In this document: positions 1 to 13,497 of the stretch, one piece after another
How the letters are laid out: every line of letters begins with the position of its first letter
How positions within the stretch are numbered: the first letter of the stretch is position 1
Assembly (NCBI RefSeq): GCF_009914755.1
Contig: NC_060939.1
DNA from: the human T2T-CHM13v2.0 reference genome, Homo sapiens
DNA length: 64,000 nucleotides
Strand: one strand, 5' to 3'
Program-made: the position numbers and the translations under genes
Notes under the pieces: model-generated
What the model was told of the DNA's origin: nothing
Database searches by the model: none
What the model saw: only the letters and a program-made list of their open reading frames with translations

Positions 1-217
1 CCTCCTGACACACATTCTTACTGTTGCAGCTGTCACCATTCACTCCAGACAGTGCAGGGAAATGAATTCTGGAAAGACTTGAAAGAATTTAGCTGAGAGA
101 GCTTGATCCTCAGCAGAGGCTCAACAGCAGTGTTTCCTCTTGGATTTATAAACCAGTGGGGTGACTGGTAGGGAGATCGATAATATGTGGCCCATTGTAA
201 CTGGTGTTAGGGAACGA

Positions 218-919
<702 letters not shown>

Positions 920-2314
920 GGAGTGTCTTAAAAGTTGTCAGTGAGTTTGGCCTGGAGCAAAGGGAATGGAGAGGATCCTTGATGATGGGTAAATACAGAT
1001 GTGAGCCTTTTCCACAAATCATCCAGTGATGCATTGGTTGGGAGATGATAGCATCAGATTCCCATCTTCAGGTTCTTTGGCACTAGTTTCCCACTGATTT
1101 CCAAATTGTTATGGGATAACTAATCCCCCCTTCCACTCCTGCAAACCTTAGTCTCTGGGTATGAACTTGGTAAGGTGAAGATCTCTACTCTTAAATTCAT
1201 TTAAGAGTTCTATGCTTTCCTCCTCTCTTCTCACCCTTTTGGCCTGTACCTCCCTCTTTAAACTTTTTATTCTACCCTGCCTGGCAGGCTCCATATGGTC
1301 CTTGGGCTAAAGGAGAAGATGGACAAAGAGTGAGAATGAACAGCTGGGATGAGAGTCAGAAGATGGCATAGAGAATGTGAAATGAAGACTGTCTCTTACC
1401 CCCTCCCACACCATGGCTGAAAAACAAATAGGATCCTGTTTCCTGAAAAAACGCTCTCTGCCAAGCCTAGCACCATCTGTCATGTGCCCCAGGATCAGCT
1501 CCACTCTGCTGATGGCATTGGCTCATGTCCTAGATAGTAAGTGCTAACTAAGTATCAGGATATATGGGGAAGGGGTAGAACCCAGTGGGTTTCTACTAGG
1601 ACTAAAGACGAGGTAGATCATTTACACTGGAAGCAACCTAAGCCATCACGAGCTGGTGGAGTGGCACGTAGAAGGATCTCAAATCTGTGGAGGGAAGACC
1701 AAAGTCATCAGAGAAACCTAGGGAAGAGACAGAACCAAGGACCTAGAGATTGACAGTAATAGTATCCCATTGGATAAAAGTTGGCAATGACTTTGGGGAA
1801 ATTGTGAAGTGATTGTTGCAAAAGCCTGGTGGTATTTGCAGCTTCCTTTCACAGGCCTGTGGTGCATCTGCTTCAGTTAAAGAGCAAATAATTGGTAAGC
1901 ACCTGAGAACCAGGCATCATTCCCCAGGACACCAGCCCATCACCCCTATTTAGCTTCTTCTAACAAGATCTAACAGAATGACACAGATAAGATGTGTAAA
2001 TGGTGAGTCCTGCCACACATTCTTACTGTTGCAGCTGTCACCAGTTGCTCCAGACAGTTCAGGGAAATGAATTCTGGAAGGGTTTGAAAGAATTTAGCTG
2101 AGAGCTTGATCCTCAGAAGAGACTCCAAAGCAGTGTTTCCTCTTGGACTTATAAACCAGTGGGGGTGACCCGTACGGAGATCGGTCATAGGGGGCCCATT
2201 GAACTGGTGTTAGAGAACTAGGATACATCCAAAAGAGGGCAACTAAAAGAATGAGGAACATCTGAAAGTTCTGGAAATGTGCCCTTAACCGTCTCTAAAC
2301 TAGAATTCCCTGGG

Positions 2315-2480
2315 GTAGTGATTCTCAGAGTTCTTGAGTCAGAATCACCCAGAGAATCAGGTAAATCATAGGTCACTGGCTCCACCCTCACAGTTTCTGA
2401 TGGGTTACTCTGGGTGGGGGGGGGCTTGAAAATTTGCATTTCTAATGAGTTACCTGGTGATACTGCTGCTGCTTCTAGCA
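2315..2480. mobile_element. MER5A (hAT-Charlie)
   Basis: tcagaatcaccc...cagtttctga...aatttgcatttctaatgagttacctggtgatactgctgctgct. Confidence 0.8.
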
Positions 2481-2544
2481 AAACAGGCTGGCCTGGAATA
2501 TCTTTCCACGTACATTCTTTCTACAAAGCAGAGCTAGGACTAAT

Positions 2545-2945
2545 AAGTCAAGATTTTACTTTGGGTATGTCTGAAACAAAGAAGGATTAAAGTGCAAGCA
2601 GAATGAGAGATGGTCCCACCAAACCCTGATGGGTGAGTAGAAAACTGGGACAGGGAAGGGAAGGAACCAAGCAAAAGGATATTATGAAGCCAGTCACCAC
2701 TGTAGGTATCTAAAGCGTAATATTGCTGGAGAATTCTGGGAAACGGGTGCTTCAATGTTATCCCCCTTTGGGAAGGGGTCTCCAGAGGGAGTATTCTGTG
2801 GTAACTCCTATCAGCCATTAGTTGAGGGCTGTCCGGGAGGTGGTTAATTCCTTAGCACTCCAGCCTGCCACACTGGAGTAGCTGGCATGCCCTGAGGATG
2901 CAAGTTCTGGTGGGATACAGACAGGATGCTGACAGCATCAGCTAC
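2545..2945 (-). mobile_element. ERVL LTR16-like solo LTR
   Basis: Reverse complement begins agtagctgatgctgtcagc; internal gccattagttgagggctg...gttaattccttagcactcc. Confidence 0.65.
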
Positions 2946-3229
2946 TGTTAGCAATAGGGAGGAAGTTACAATTCCTACCACTTGCACTCTTCCACAATCC
3001 ATTGACTTGCTTCAAGAGTCTAAATGTTCTCTACGGCAGAAATTGGGTCAATGAGTCACTTCATTGGGTTAAACATCTTGAAGATCTCCTCCACATGAAG
3101 GTTCTATTCTTGGATTATTGGTGGCATATTAGAGGGTTAAAGGAACACTAGGGATGCTTTTAGGGCATTTTTAGGGAGAGAGGCATTTACAGTGGCCTTT
3201 CCCCTGATGGCCCCACCCATTAGATGTTC

Positions 3230-3600
3230 CTGTCTAAAACCTCTCAAATGCTCCATTTCATCTTCCGTGTTAGGGTGTTAGCTCAGCTCTGATCATTTCT
3301 CACGTGTAGCTATAAGATCCTAACCTGCAGATGTCACTCTCCTGCGTCAACCACCTCCCAATCTCTCTCGATAAAATTCTTAGGAGGATATTCCAAGACT
3401 ACTCTTGTTCATATCACTCTCTCCATTTCCAACATCACATGTTCCTCCAGTCCCATAGGAAGCTGAAGCCATGGCACATTGAACCACAGGTGCTTACGTT
3501 TCACAAATAAAGCACCGTTCTACATAGCAGTCTTTGCAAATTTTGTTCCCTCCACCTCCAATACCCATCCTTATTTTGACCACTTTCAAGCATCTACTAT
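3230..3600 (+). mobile_element. L2 fragment (old)
   Basis: atcatttctcac...gatgtcactctcctgc...ttgcaaatttttgttccctccacc resemble the L2 3' region. Confidence 0.4.
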
Positions 3601-3754
3601 CCAGGAATTCAAAAGCTCAGAACCACTGATATTGCTCTATTTTATGGGATAAGACCACAAGTTTTATTTTTCACACCTATTATCTTAACTGCTTATTGTC
3701 TTTCTTTGCACAGATCTGGTGGCAAGGAATACTTTTTGTCCTTCCTTATTGATA

Positions 3755-3768
3755 GTGCCACCTAGTGA
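3755..3768 (-). promoter_or_regulatory. Candidate CTCF motif
   Basis: Reverse complement tCACTAGGTGGCAC matches the core CCACYAGRKGGCRC at 13/14; motif match only. Confidence 0.3.
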
Positions 3769-4199
3769 CTCTGCTGCATAAAGACCCTCCCTGGCTGCTT
3801 GGCATACCCTGTCATGCCACGTGACCTAGTCCTGTTGGTGGTTAACAACTGGTGATCGCAGCAGCCATGTTGGGGACTGCTGGCTTCCTATAGACAGCTC
3901 GGCTTCCCTTGTTCATTTCTATTTTTATTAGTACAGGAGGAAAAAATAGCATCATCGGTGTTTTATAATTGGAAACATGACCTATATATTCTTCGCTGCC
4001 CTAACCTTTCCTAGAAGGGGAGAAGGAAGTAAAATTTAATTTCAGAAACAACAGCTTTTCTCATCTGTGTCCTCAGCATTAATACCTCCAGGTTAATTAA
4101 GGACAATGAAATGTGGTTGACTCAAAACAATGTGGGAAGGAGGCAGAGAAGTTAGATTCCAGAAGTACAAAGCTTCCAAGAGGAAATTGAAGAATAGGA

Positions 4200-4920
4200 T
4201 ACATGCCTACGGCAGTCACGGGAGTTTTAAATAGCCGAATCTACTTAACATGCAGGTTAAGCCTTCTGAACACAGCTTCGGAAAGGGGAAGTTTCTGTGG
4301 GGCCTGGGAAGCCAACCCAGGGGTTCTAATCCAGCCCTTGAGATGTGGAGACCCCAGCCACTGCCTGCTTCAGGTGACCTTAAGCAGGTACTCTAGTGAC
4401 AAAGCAGGAAGGACACAGCATTCTAACTTCTGTAGGGCATGGCATTAGAGAAAAGCATAGATACAGCCCCCAGAAAAGTGAGACCCTTTGATTCTGTCCT
4501 TCTCCTTTTGTCCTCTGTTCCCATCTTGATGCTAGTGTCTCAGAGGCCTTTTGATCCTTCATCATTTCCTCCTGTTTGTCTCTAGTGTGGAAGCTCAACC
4601 CTAGCCAATCCTGAGCCAGTGAGAATCTGGCCTGGCACCATAGTCTGAACCAGCCAGGTCCCCGTGACCCTGGCACGTGCTTCCGGTGTTGGGACTTCAC
4701 CAAGCCAAAACTTCCCTCTGTCTGCCCCCCAAGTGCCTGGGTGGGATTCAGCCTGCCTCCTGGCATCCCCCTTGTCAGACTCTGGAGCCAGTCTGCACCT
4801 GGTCAGAGGCATATCCCCACAAAGCTCCTGCTGGTCCAGTCTAAGACACCAAGGAGACAGGGCCAGACCCTGCCACCAGGAAGACGATGCTGTGAAGCCT
4901 CACCACGACAGCCCACTAAC
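4200..4920. mobile_element. Probable old LTR-type insertion (family not assigned)
   Basis: GC-richer block interrupting the TLR-like frames between the 4940+ and <4200 LRR segments; no LRR motifs found inside. Confidence 0.3.
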
Positions 4921-5250
4921 CTCTCTTGAAAATGGCTTTCTTCAATTACCCTTTCCTGTAAAATTCATAAAGGTTCTAGTTCCAGTGCTGCAACTTACTG
5001 CTAGCTTGGTAGCCTTAGAAATGTCACTTTCTGGCTTTGCCTTCTCTTCGGCAAAGTGGACACAGTGAGTTCTGCATTTATCTCTACAACTCTTTACTCT
5101 CTGATGTTGTTCCAGAGCTTGGCCGTGCCTTTCTTTAGCCCTGAGACAAAAGATAATCCTGCCACCATGGTAGAGGAGATTGCTGACCTGAGCTATAAGG
5201 TAGCTGATTGAGGAAGGCAGGGTCAAAGGCAGGTGGCTAATGATGACTTC

Positions 5251-5788
5251 TGTTACTGTCTGCCCAGTAGGTTTCTCATTCCTGTATTCTGCTAACAGGA
5301 TATTTTTCCCTTGGGGGATTCCCTCTTAACTTCCAGTAATTCTGGTGGGGATGCCAAGCAAGTGCCCTCCTCTCTCCTCCCCAGCACAGAGTGGACACCT
5401 GACCAAGAGCAGACATCCTGCACGGCATCCTCCCAACAACACAACCCCAAATGAGCCAATCCAGGAAATTGGCATGAAACGATTGACTAGTTCTTCTTCT
5501 TATAGGTGGATTGAGAATTCGAGGAGTATAGACACATGACTGTTGACCATTTTCTCAGCCACACGGAGAAAGCTAATTGAAAATAAAGACAAGTCAGACA
5601 AAGCTGAGAAAGAGGAGTTGAAAGTGATTCTTGAGCCCCTCTCTCTGTTTTCATAGGCCTATCCCTGTACTTCCCAGATACCTCTGAATAAACCCTCTCT
5701 CCCACTACCACCACCCACTTACGTCTTGTCCTGAGCTAGTATGAAGTATATTTTTATTGCTTGAATCTGAAAATCTCCTGTGTCACAT
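5251..5788 (+). mobile_element. Old MaLR LTR (MLT1K/L-like)
   Basis: tgtt...caca ends, aataaa followed by ttgcttgaatctgaaaatctcctg, internal gaccattttctcagccacacggagaaagc. Confidence 0.6.
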
Positions 5789-8378
5789 AATAACTCTTTG
5801 CTCATTCCTGTTCTTTCTGTGCCTGCAATCATAGCCCATTCACTTTCTACGCCTTAATTTCCTTCATGGCACAAAATCTTCATCTCTTGGACTTTCTGCC
5901 AGCCCTGATGCGCTCGGAGGTCTTCCAAGTCTTTTAGGTTCCTTTGAGCCTCTTGACAAACATCAAACACACTCACGCACCCAAGAAATGCAGTCCAGGG
6001 GCCATATCCAATTGTACTATCTCTATTTTGAGGAACAGTTTCCAAGCATGCTTGAATATGTAAGAATGACGGTACAACCAGCCAAGGAAAGGCAAGTACC
6101 AGTGCTGCCAGAGAAATGAAGCCCACATTTCCAAAGTGTGCCTCCTCCCAGTGCAGACCTCCAGAAAACAGACGCCCACCCTGCCCCACAATTCCCTTAG
6201 CCCAATCAATTTTATTAGTCCCAAACTAACCTCTGCAAATACCTTCTGTATGTCTAGCCACAAGGAAAGTGGCAGTGGTATATTATGCATGTGCCGTGTT
6301 TACCTGGCTATTGAATCCCATAACCTCTGTTTTTTTTTTTTTTAAAGCTGCTGCTGCTGTGGGTTGTGAGAGAATCATGAAGTTTTAAAACCCTAAAATA
6401 AAACATCAAATATAATAATTTCACACTATAATTACTGCATGAATAACCACATCTAGTTTAAATGTGTCATTTGGCAATGTCACAAAGACAAAGGAAAATA
6501 CCCCTAATAAATCATCTTTTCTCAATCAACCCTGGAAAAAATCTTAGTGCTTTTTGGAGCACGCCACACAAAATGCAGTTTTATTTTTCCATTTTTCCCC
6601 AGGTTTCAAGTGGCAGAAGCAATCTGATGGGCTTATAGGCTCCGTATGTAGGTCACTGGCACATTTGCATGTCCTCCCAAGCATCATTTTCCATGGGAGT
6701 TTTGCTCAGGGAGTGAACGTATCTAAAATTTAAACTCTTTTTGGTGAGGCTGGTATTCAAGTGGGGAAAAAATAGACAGCGGCTCCCAAGCTGCGCTAAC
6801 AATGTTGGTTCCGTTTCAAAGTGCATTCAATCGGATGAAAATTACAGAGAGGACCACCTAAGCTCCCAAAGTGTCAAACAGCCATAAACTGTACTGGGAG
6901 GTGTCATTTACAGTTCACATGTGCCCTTTCTAGATTTATACCCAAAGGCATCTTGTCATTTTTTCTGTTTGGCCAATGCCTCTTGGAGATGATTTTCTGT
7001 AATTATTTCCATGCATTTTCACAGAAGCATCCTGCTCTCAGATGGTGAAGCCCAAGAAGAAAATTAGAGAGGCTGTATATCCAGAAACTCATAGAATCCA
7101 AGTTCTCAAAATGAGAAGTGACCAAAGCCAAGGGAGGATGTAGAATGATTTTTTTTCTAATTCTGTCTTTAGAGATAGATTCGTCTCCTAAGTAACTGAG
7201 GCAATGGCAGAAACTACATTTGCATTTGCCTTGATTATTCTCTTTGCTTCCATCCAACAGAGTATTAATTAGATAAATCTCACCGCCTGTCCCCTTAATG
7301 CACAGGTTGTTCTAACACCATCTGTAAAGGAGGTTGAGACACCCTGACATACCTTCTGTGTGTCCTCACTCTGGTTATGTATTACTGCCCCTATCTGGGA
7401 GAAGATAACCAGGGACCAAGGACCACAGTAGTAGCAGCAACTCACCTTTAGGAGGAGCTCAACGCTTTACCTCCCTCCCATTCCCACCTTCCCTGTGGAA
7501 GAGAACCAACCAGGGCCAAGGATTCACTCCTTTCCAGGTACTAGTAGTTGGTGAAGCTAAGAATAAAGACATTCTGATCTACCTCTGCTACATATAGTGC
7601 GGCGCTATTTTTATATTATATGGCTTCCCTGGTTTGCTTGCCTCCTATATCTGTTTCCTTCTTCCTCTTGGGAATGAACCACCACCCCATTATTAAGATT
7701 CAGAAGGAGTTCAAAGAGATGGAATCATGACACCGTGACTGAATTCAGTCCTTGCATTCCTTTGGGTCCCTGCTGTAGCTTTGTGAATGCTAAGATGAGA
7801 CTCCAGCCTCAGGAAATGCTCACAGGGCATTTTTCTTATCTATAGTTTAGGCTTAGTACAAGAGGAGAAGGTGTGGCTCACATGTGTTTCAGCTCGGTTC
7901 ACCTCAGCAAGGTAAGCCTCAGGTGGTTATGATGTGCCATCTTCTGTGTAATCTGTCATCCCTGGGGCCTGGCTGGGCTATAGATGGTTGAGTTCCAAAG
8001 TATCTGCTTCTTAATATCCCAATGGACAAATAAACTCAACCTGTCTCCTGGTCATATACTCATTTACTCAACACATCTTTCTGAGACCTGATGACAGATG
8101 CTGGGGAAATAAAGATGATCTAGGTACAATTTTGATGTAAGAAAGCACATAGCATAGTGCAGACAGAGTTGTGTGAATAGATACTTACATTCCAGGGTGA
8201 TCATGGAAGCACCATCCAGAGATGTATGAAGCAATGGGGCCACACAGTGATCAGCTATTCCTGGAGACAGGGAAGAGGCTCCAGAGGGTGATTAAGTAAC
8301 AAGCAGGAATCAACAGCATGAGCAAAGCAGGAAGGAGGTTCTAGGCAGAGGAGCAGTAAACTTTAAAAAACAGGGTAA

Positions 8379-8690
8379 GGACCCGACCAGTGGCTCACAC
8401 CTGTAATTCCAACCCTTTGGGAGGCTAACTAAGGTGGGAAGATGGCTTGGGCCCAGGACTTCAAGACCTGGGCAACAGAGTGAGACTCCATCTCTACAGA
8501 TAAATTTAAAAATAAGCTGGGCATGGTGACACACACTTGTAGTACCAGCTTCTTGGGAAATTGAAGTAGGAGGATCGCTTGAGCCCTAAAGTTCAATGAT
8601 CATAGCTGCAGTGAGCTATGATCATGCCACTGCACTCCAGTCTGGATGATAGAGTGAGAACTCATCTAAAAAATAAAAACAAAAAAGAAA
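8379..8690 (+). mobile_element. AluJ
   Basis: Diverged dimer with gatcgcttgagccc and gcagtgagctatgatcatgcc; A-rich tail. Confidence 0.9.
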
Positions 8691-8871
8691 TAAGTGGCAG
8701 GTAAGAAATAACAGGGTTTTTTTGTTTTTTTTTTTTTGTTTTTTTCCCAGGAAACAATTAGTGGATACTTCAGTATGACTGGAGAACAGGAGCCAGTAAA
8801 AGAAAACCGGAATAGGTGAAAGAGATGGGTCAGGGCCTTATCACAGAGTTCCTTTTATGTTACCCACACAT

Positions 8872-9170
8872 GTGTTCATTCACTCAACAAATATTTATTG
8901 AGCACATTCTCAGTGTCCTACACCCTTCTAGGCACTGGGAATATAGCAGTGGAGAAAACACACAGTTCTTGATTTCATGGAGCTTACACTCTAGTGAGGA
9001 GAGACAAACAAGTAAACAGATAAGATTCGCACTGTGAAAAAAGAAAAAAAAGGGAGAGAGAAAAAAACAAGCTGGATGAGGAAGTGGGAAGAGATGACAG
9101 ATGCTGTTTCATCCAGGGTGCTCAGGATGGCAATTGGACAGCAACTTGAAGGAAGAGAAAAAGCGGGTCA
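8872..9170 (-). mobile_element. L2a 3' end
   Basis: ttcattcactcaacaaatatttattgagcac...catggagcttacactctagtg. Confidence 0.8.
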
Positions 9171-9467
9171 GAAGAGAGCGCTGACCAGCAACCCCATCAC
9201 AACAGTTTGGTGTTCACAGATCTCAGCTGGGCCTCAGCAACACTCAGCCATGTCACCATGTGTCCTTGCTCAGCTGCGTGGCCCACACTCCACAACAGCC
9301 CTCTAGACCTTTCCCAGTTCCATGGGCCCTGTACCAACTGACCTGCCCTTTCTTACAGCAGATGACGTTGCTTTCTTACTGCAATGAGTAATTCCAGGCC
9401 ACTAAGGCACGGCTTCCATTTTCTGTTCCCACAACTGCAAATATCTGTTTTTGCGTGCACCCAGCTT

Positions 9468-10540
9468 GGACACAACTTGCCAAAAGCCAGTGCACTGAAA
9501 TTCAATTCACTGATTCACCAATTTGATGAAGACAGTTGACAGTACAATTTGCTAAATTTACCTACTCCCTTATTTATCAAACAAGTTCTTAGAACCACTT
9601 TAACAATGATTACTTAACAACTTTAAGAATGCTTTATTTTTACTACCAATGATGAAATATAACTTTCTAAATATTAACTATTTCATTATCAGAAACCAAA
9701 ATTTTATCACTTTATAAACACATTTTTTGGTTAATATCATTTTTTAACTCCACTCAGAAATCTCTTTTAATGTCTTTTTGTTGTTGTTTTCACAAATCTT
9801 TTAGAATTTCTAGAATTTTTAATTCTTCTTTCACATTTCTATGTGAAATACGAAATTTGAGGTACAAGCATACAACCTACCACAGTATTTTGAGAATTCT
9901 TATTCCCTTTCCCCAGATGTGAATGGCTTTAATATTTTATGTCTAATTCCTCAGCAAACTACTAACAAGTCAACACAATCAAATTGTTCCTTATTAAAAA
10001 TGAAAAAATCAACATTTTAGCAACGTTTTTAGTTCATACTGATTTCCTTAGCATTTTTTCATTTAGTTTATCTTTAAAATTTTAATTGCTACAAATATAC
10101 ACAAGGCTGATTTGAGGGATTTGCAAAAGAATACCTAAAATCCTGGAAGGCTTTTGAAAACAGAAAAATGCATTCACAAGCAACAGAAAGAAATCAGAAG
10201 TAACAAAGAGCTTATTACATTTGAAATACAGAAGTTTGAGTTATAGAAAAATAGTATTTTATGTGAAAAAAATGTTTTATAGTGATTTTTCTTTGGTCCA
10301 CTTTTCAGAATTTTAAAATATGCTTCCCAGTCACTCAAAGGGCAGAAGAATTTTAGATTAGTTCATAATTAGAAAATCTTATTATGTAATCAGTAGCCAA
10401 AAATGAACATTTCTGCCAAAGCTTTTAGAACAGTCACTTTGAAGCTTTTAAACTGTAACACATTTAATAAATTGGTCGTTTGATGAATTGAATTTTGACA
10501 AATTGAGTTTTTGAGAATTAGCTTTTGGTCATATTGCCTG
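9468..10540. mobile_element. AT-rich ~1.07-kb element with imperfect terminal inverted repeats (old DNA transposon, family not assigned)
   Basis: Left ccaaaagc...aaattcaattca...accaattt mirrors right aaattggt...tgaattgaattt...gcttttgg. Confidence 0.55.
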
Positions 10541-10541
10541 A

Positions 10542-10986
<445 letters not shown>

Positions 10987-11419
10987 TGACACTTCCAATT
11001 AGATCACGAGGCTTGGCCAAATCTCAGGATCTGTCACTTCAGCTTCCTTGGTAAGACAGGATGCAACTGGGACATGAGCTGTACCAACCCCTTAGCTGCA
11101 GTTGAATTCACTTCTATTAATCCCCCCTGTATCACTGTGTTAGGATCAAAACCTTTCTGTCAGTTCATAATGCAGCAAGGATCTCTGTTGAAACACTGAC
11201 TTCTATTTTTAAGTGAGTCCCAGGTCCAGAGGGCATCCCATTCTGATTGAGTACCTAATACTCTTGATACCTAAATCCTAGCATTCTTGTTTGGAGCACA
11301 GTTATTCTCCATTTACTATGAGAGTGTCATCCCAGATTTGCAGAAGAAAAAGCTGAAGATTTCTCTGAAATTACAAGAACTTTCTCTTCGGTTAGCCTAG
11401 TGTAGTCGAATAACAAAGT

Positions 11420-11610
11420 GGGATGGAGAAAAAGGCACTAAACTGAAAGCCAGGAGCCCTAAGTTCCATCCAGGATGCCACTCACTAGGTGATACTGAGC
11501 TCATAGTTCCAGTTCTCACACCTCACTTCCTGCCACTGTACAATTAGGAGTGGGATGGGGGGCTAAATGGTCTCTGAGGCCTCTCTTGGTTTTAATTCTG
11601 TGATTCTAAG
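11420..11610 (+). mobile_element. MIR (MIRc/MIR3-like)
   Basis: gccactcactaggtga...ctaaatggtctctgaggcctctc...ttctgtgattctaag. Confidence 0.6.
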
Positions 11611-11968
11611 TAGAGCTACTGCCTTTATCCAGAAAATGAGGAGCCCTCTCCACGAACCACTTGTTCCTAAATCACTTTTCTCACTTTTTCTGCATCATGT
11701 ATTTGGATTTCAGACCAAGGAACAAAGATCTCTATCCCAGAAAAGCCAGTTTTAGAGATGGCAAAGCCAGAAGAGAAGGTGTAGGCCATCCTGGGTCCAG
11801 TAAGACTTTATGGCAGACTCTCTTCTCCGTCATAAACAAATCACTGTTTCTGTTCTTCATCTTCAGTCAGAGATAATGATACTCATTCTCTGTACTGGAA
11901 AAGGAAAATATGTTTACCAAGATAGTGAAGTATTTTAAAGTACAAGTACTCATGCTATCCTTACATAG

Positions 11969-12178
11969 TAAGGTTTCTCAACCTCAGGACTGTTGATATT
12001 TTGGGCTGGACAATTCTTTGTTGCAAGGAGCTGTCCTATGCATTTTAAGATGTTTAGTGGCATCCCTATTCTCTACCAGCAAATAGCATTCCCCCACTAA
12101 GTCGTGACCACCAAAAATGTTTCCGGACATTGTTAAATATTGCCTGGAGGCAAAATTACTTCCTCGTGTGAACCACTG
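11969..12178 (-). mobile_element. MER20 (hAT-Charlie)
   Basis: ggtttctcaacctc...gatattttgggctggacaattctttgttg...ccaaaaatgtttccggacattg...aaccactg. Confidence 0.9.
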
Positions 12179-12319
12179 TTTTATCATAATCCTAAAATGC
12201 GAATCTAAAATTTAGGTGAGTGAGTTAGTAGATCATGGAAGTAATTTAGGTATGTTAATGTTGCTTGATTTCTGGAACTTAAGAATTTCAGGCCAGAGAG
12301 CAGCACACTGACATTGATG

Positions 12320-12500
12320 AAGAGCAGACAGGAAGGAGATGAATCCTGCTTCCCAACCTACCAGCTGAGTGATCTTGAACAGGCACCACAACTTCTCTGA
12401 GCTTCCATTTCTTCACCTGTAGGATGATGGGGTTGTTGGGAGAATTAAATGTGATGATTTAGGTACTTAGCCATGCAGATGTTCCATAATGGTAATATTT
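12320..12500 (+). mobile_element. MIR
   Basis: cagctgagtgatcttgaaca...aacttctctgagcttccatttcttcacctgta...gttgggagaattaaatg. Confidence 0.7.
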
Positions 12501-12529
12501 GTTACCACTAAACTCTTTTAGAGCTCTTA

Positions 12530-12920
12530 TTGAATACGATTAATTGAGCACCTATTGTGTGTCTACCAAATACTATACTAGTGCTGGAGGTACAAGAATG
12601 AAGCAAACAAAATCACTTTCCTGAAGCTGCTCACTCATTATTAGAGAGGAAAGCTAGTCAATAAGTAGTTCCAATGCAAATGATCAATGTGATAACAGAT
12701 ATATAGGGTACAGTGGTCCTCAGACAAAGGAGCGTCTAACACTATTCCAAAGGGATTCACAGTCTATTGGGGTGACAGAAATGTGAACCCAAATGGTCTA
12801 TACAGTGCGCTTTGTACTATAACAGGGATACCTAAGGAAGAAACTAACATTGCCTAGGGGATTCAGAGTGCTTTCCAGAGAAGGTGATCCATGAAAGTAA
12901 TATAGCTTTCAAGGATAAAC
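12530..12920 (-). mobile_element. L2 fragments
   Basis: attgagcacctattgtgtg...gtgctggaggtacaagaatgaa...gctttccagagaaggtga. Confidence 0.55.
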
Positions 12921-13497
12921 TGTTTAGAGATTACGTTAAGAGTTATTCTTCATATTCTTGGAAATGTAAAGAAAGATGAGAAAAAATGTCCACCGGTGAT
13001 GAAGTTTTATTAATAGGACCTATGGGGATGTGAAATGACAGGGGGACATTTTTTGTGCACCTGATCACTGCACAAATATTCTCTGTTCCAATGTGTCTGA
13101 ATTTGATGCATAAGATGGCATCATAAAGAACTGACAAGGTAATGCAGCACTATTAGAATAATGATCAAAGCTAAGTGAGTAAACTTTTCAGGGTTTACCT
13201 AGTATTTAGATATTTTAAAGAAATAAGATTGGATTACACTCTACTGCCATCTTCCAATATAGGGTGCCCCTTTTGGACTAAGTTGGTCTCCAGTCAGCTC
13301 AAAGGTGGTTGGCCTCCCTCATGCTCCTCTTCATTGTTTTTAGCTATGCCCTGATCCTTGATACAATCAGCTGTGACTAGGTTTCAATCAAGGCATATGA
13401 CACAAACCATGGTAAAAAATGAAATGAAGATGTGCTTCCGGTCACCCGCAGGCACTCTGAAGTATGATAGCCTGACTAGCACACAGACCTATAGCTG

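Larger units (their letters stand above)
1210..6128 (-). pseudogene. Decayed single-exon Toll-like-receptor-like gene (TLR11/TLR12-subfamily-like ectodomain plus TM-like segment), split by MLT1, LTR, L2, LTR16 and MER5A insertions
   Basis: Minus-strand translations in order: ATG at 6128 then hydrophobic FISLAALVLAFPWLVVPS (frameshifted from the ATG); CVSVFDVCQEAQRNLKDLEDL (5917-5979); VQEMKILCHEGN; LPSSISYLIAQVSNL (5176-5220); LEALYFWNLTSLPP (4138-4179); SLINLEVLMLR (4071-4103); LPKNAL (~3161-3178); LESLLRIKLSAKFFQTLPEFISLNCLEQL; PFTHLICVILLDL (1965-2003); FSGAYQLFAL*LK (1871-1909); ITSQFPQ..LLSNGI (1763-1813); FGLPS..LR...VNDLPRL*S (1605-1703); AWQRAFFQETGSYLFF; hydrophobic LYAIF*LSSQLFILTLCP (~1320-1375). 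Many stops and frameshifts. Family assignment rests on recalled mouse TLR11/12 motifs, not a computed alignment. Confidence 0.65.

Noticed and set aside
1995-2030. Splice-donor-like ATG|gtgagt (+) and ACA|gtaaga (-) suggesting a live exon
   Set aside because: No consistent open exon in both duplicate copies; the sequence is better explained as continuous decayed LRR coding.
9880-9975. YFENSY...TTNK as MULE transposase motifs
   Set aside because: Too short, and other expected motifs are absent or out of order.
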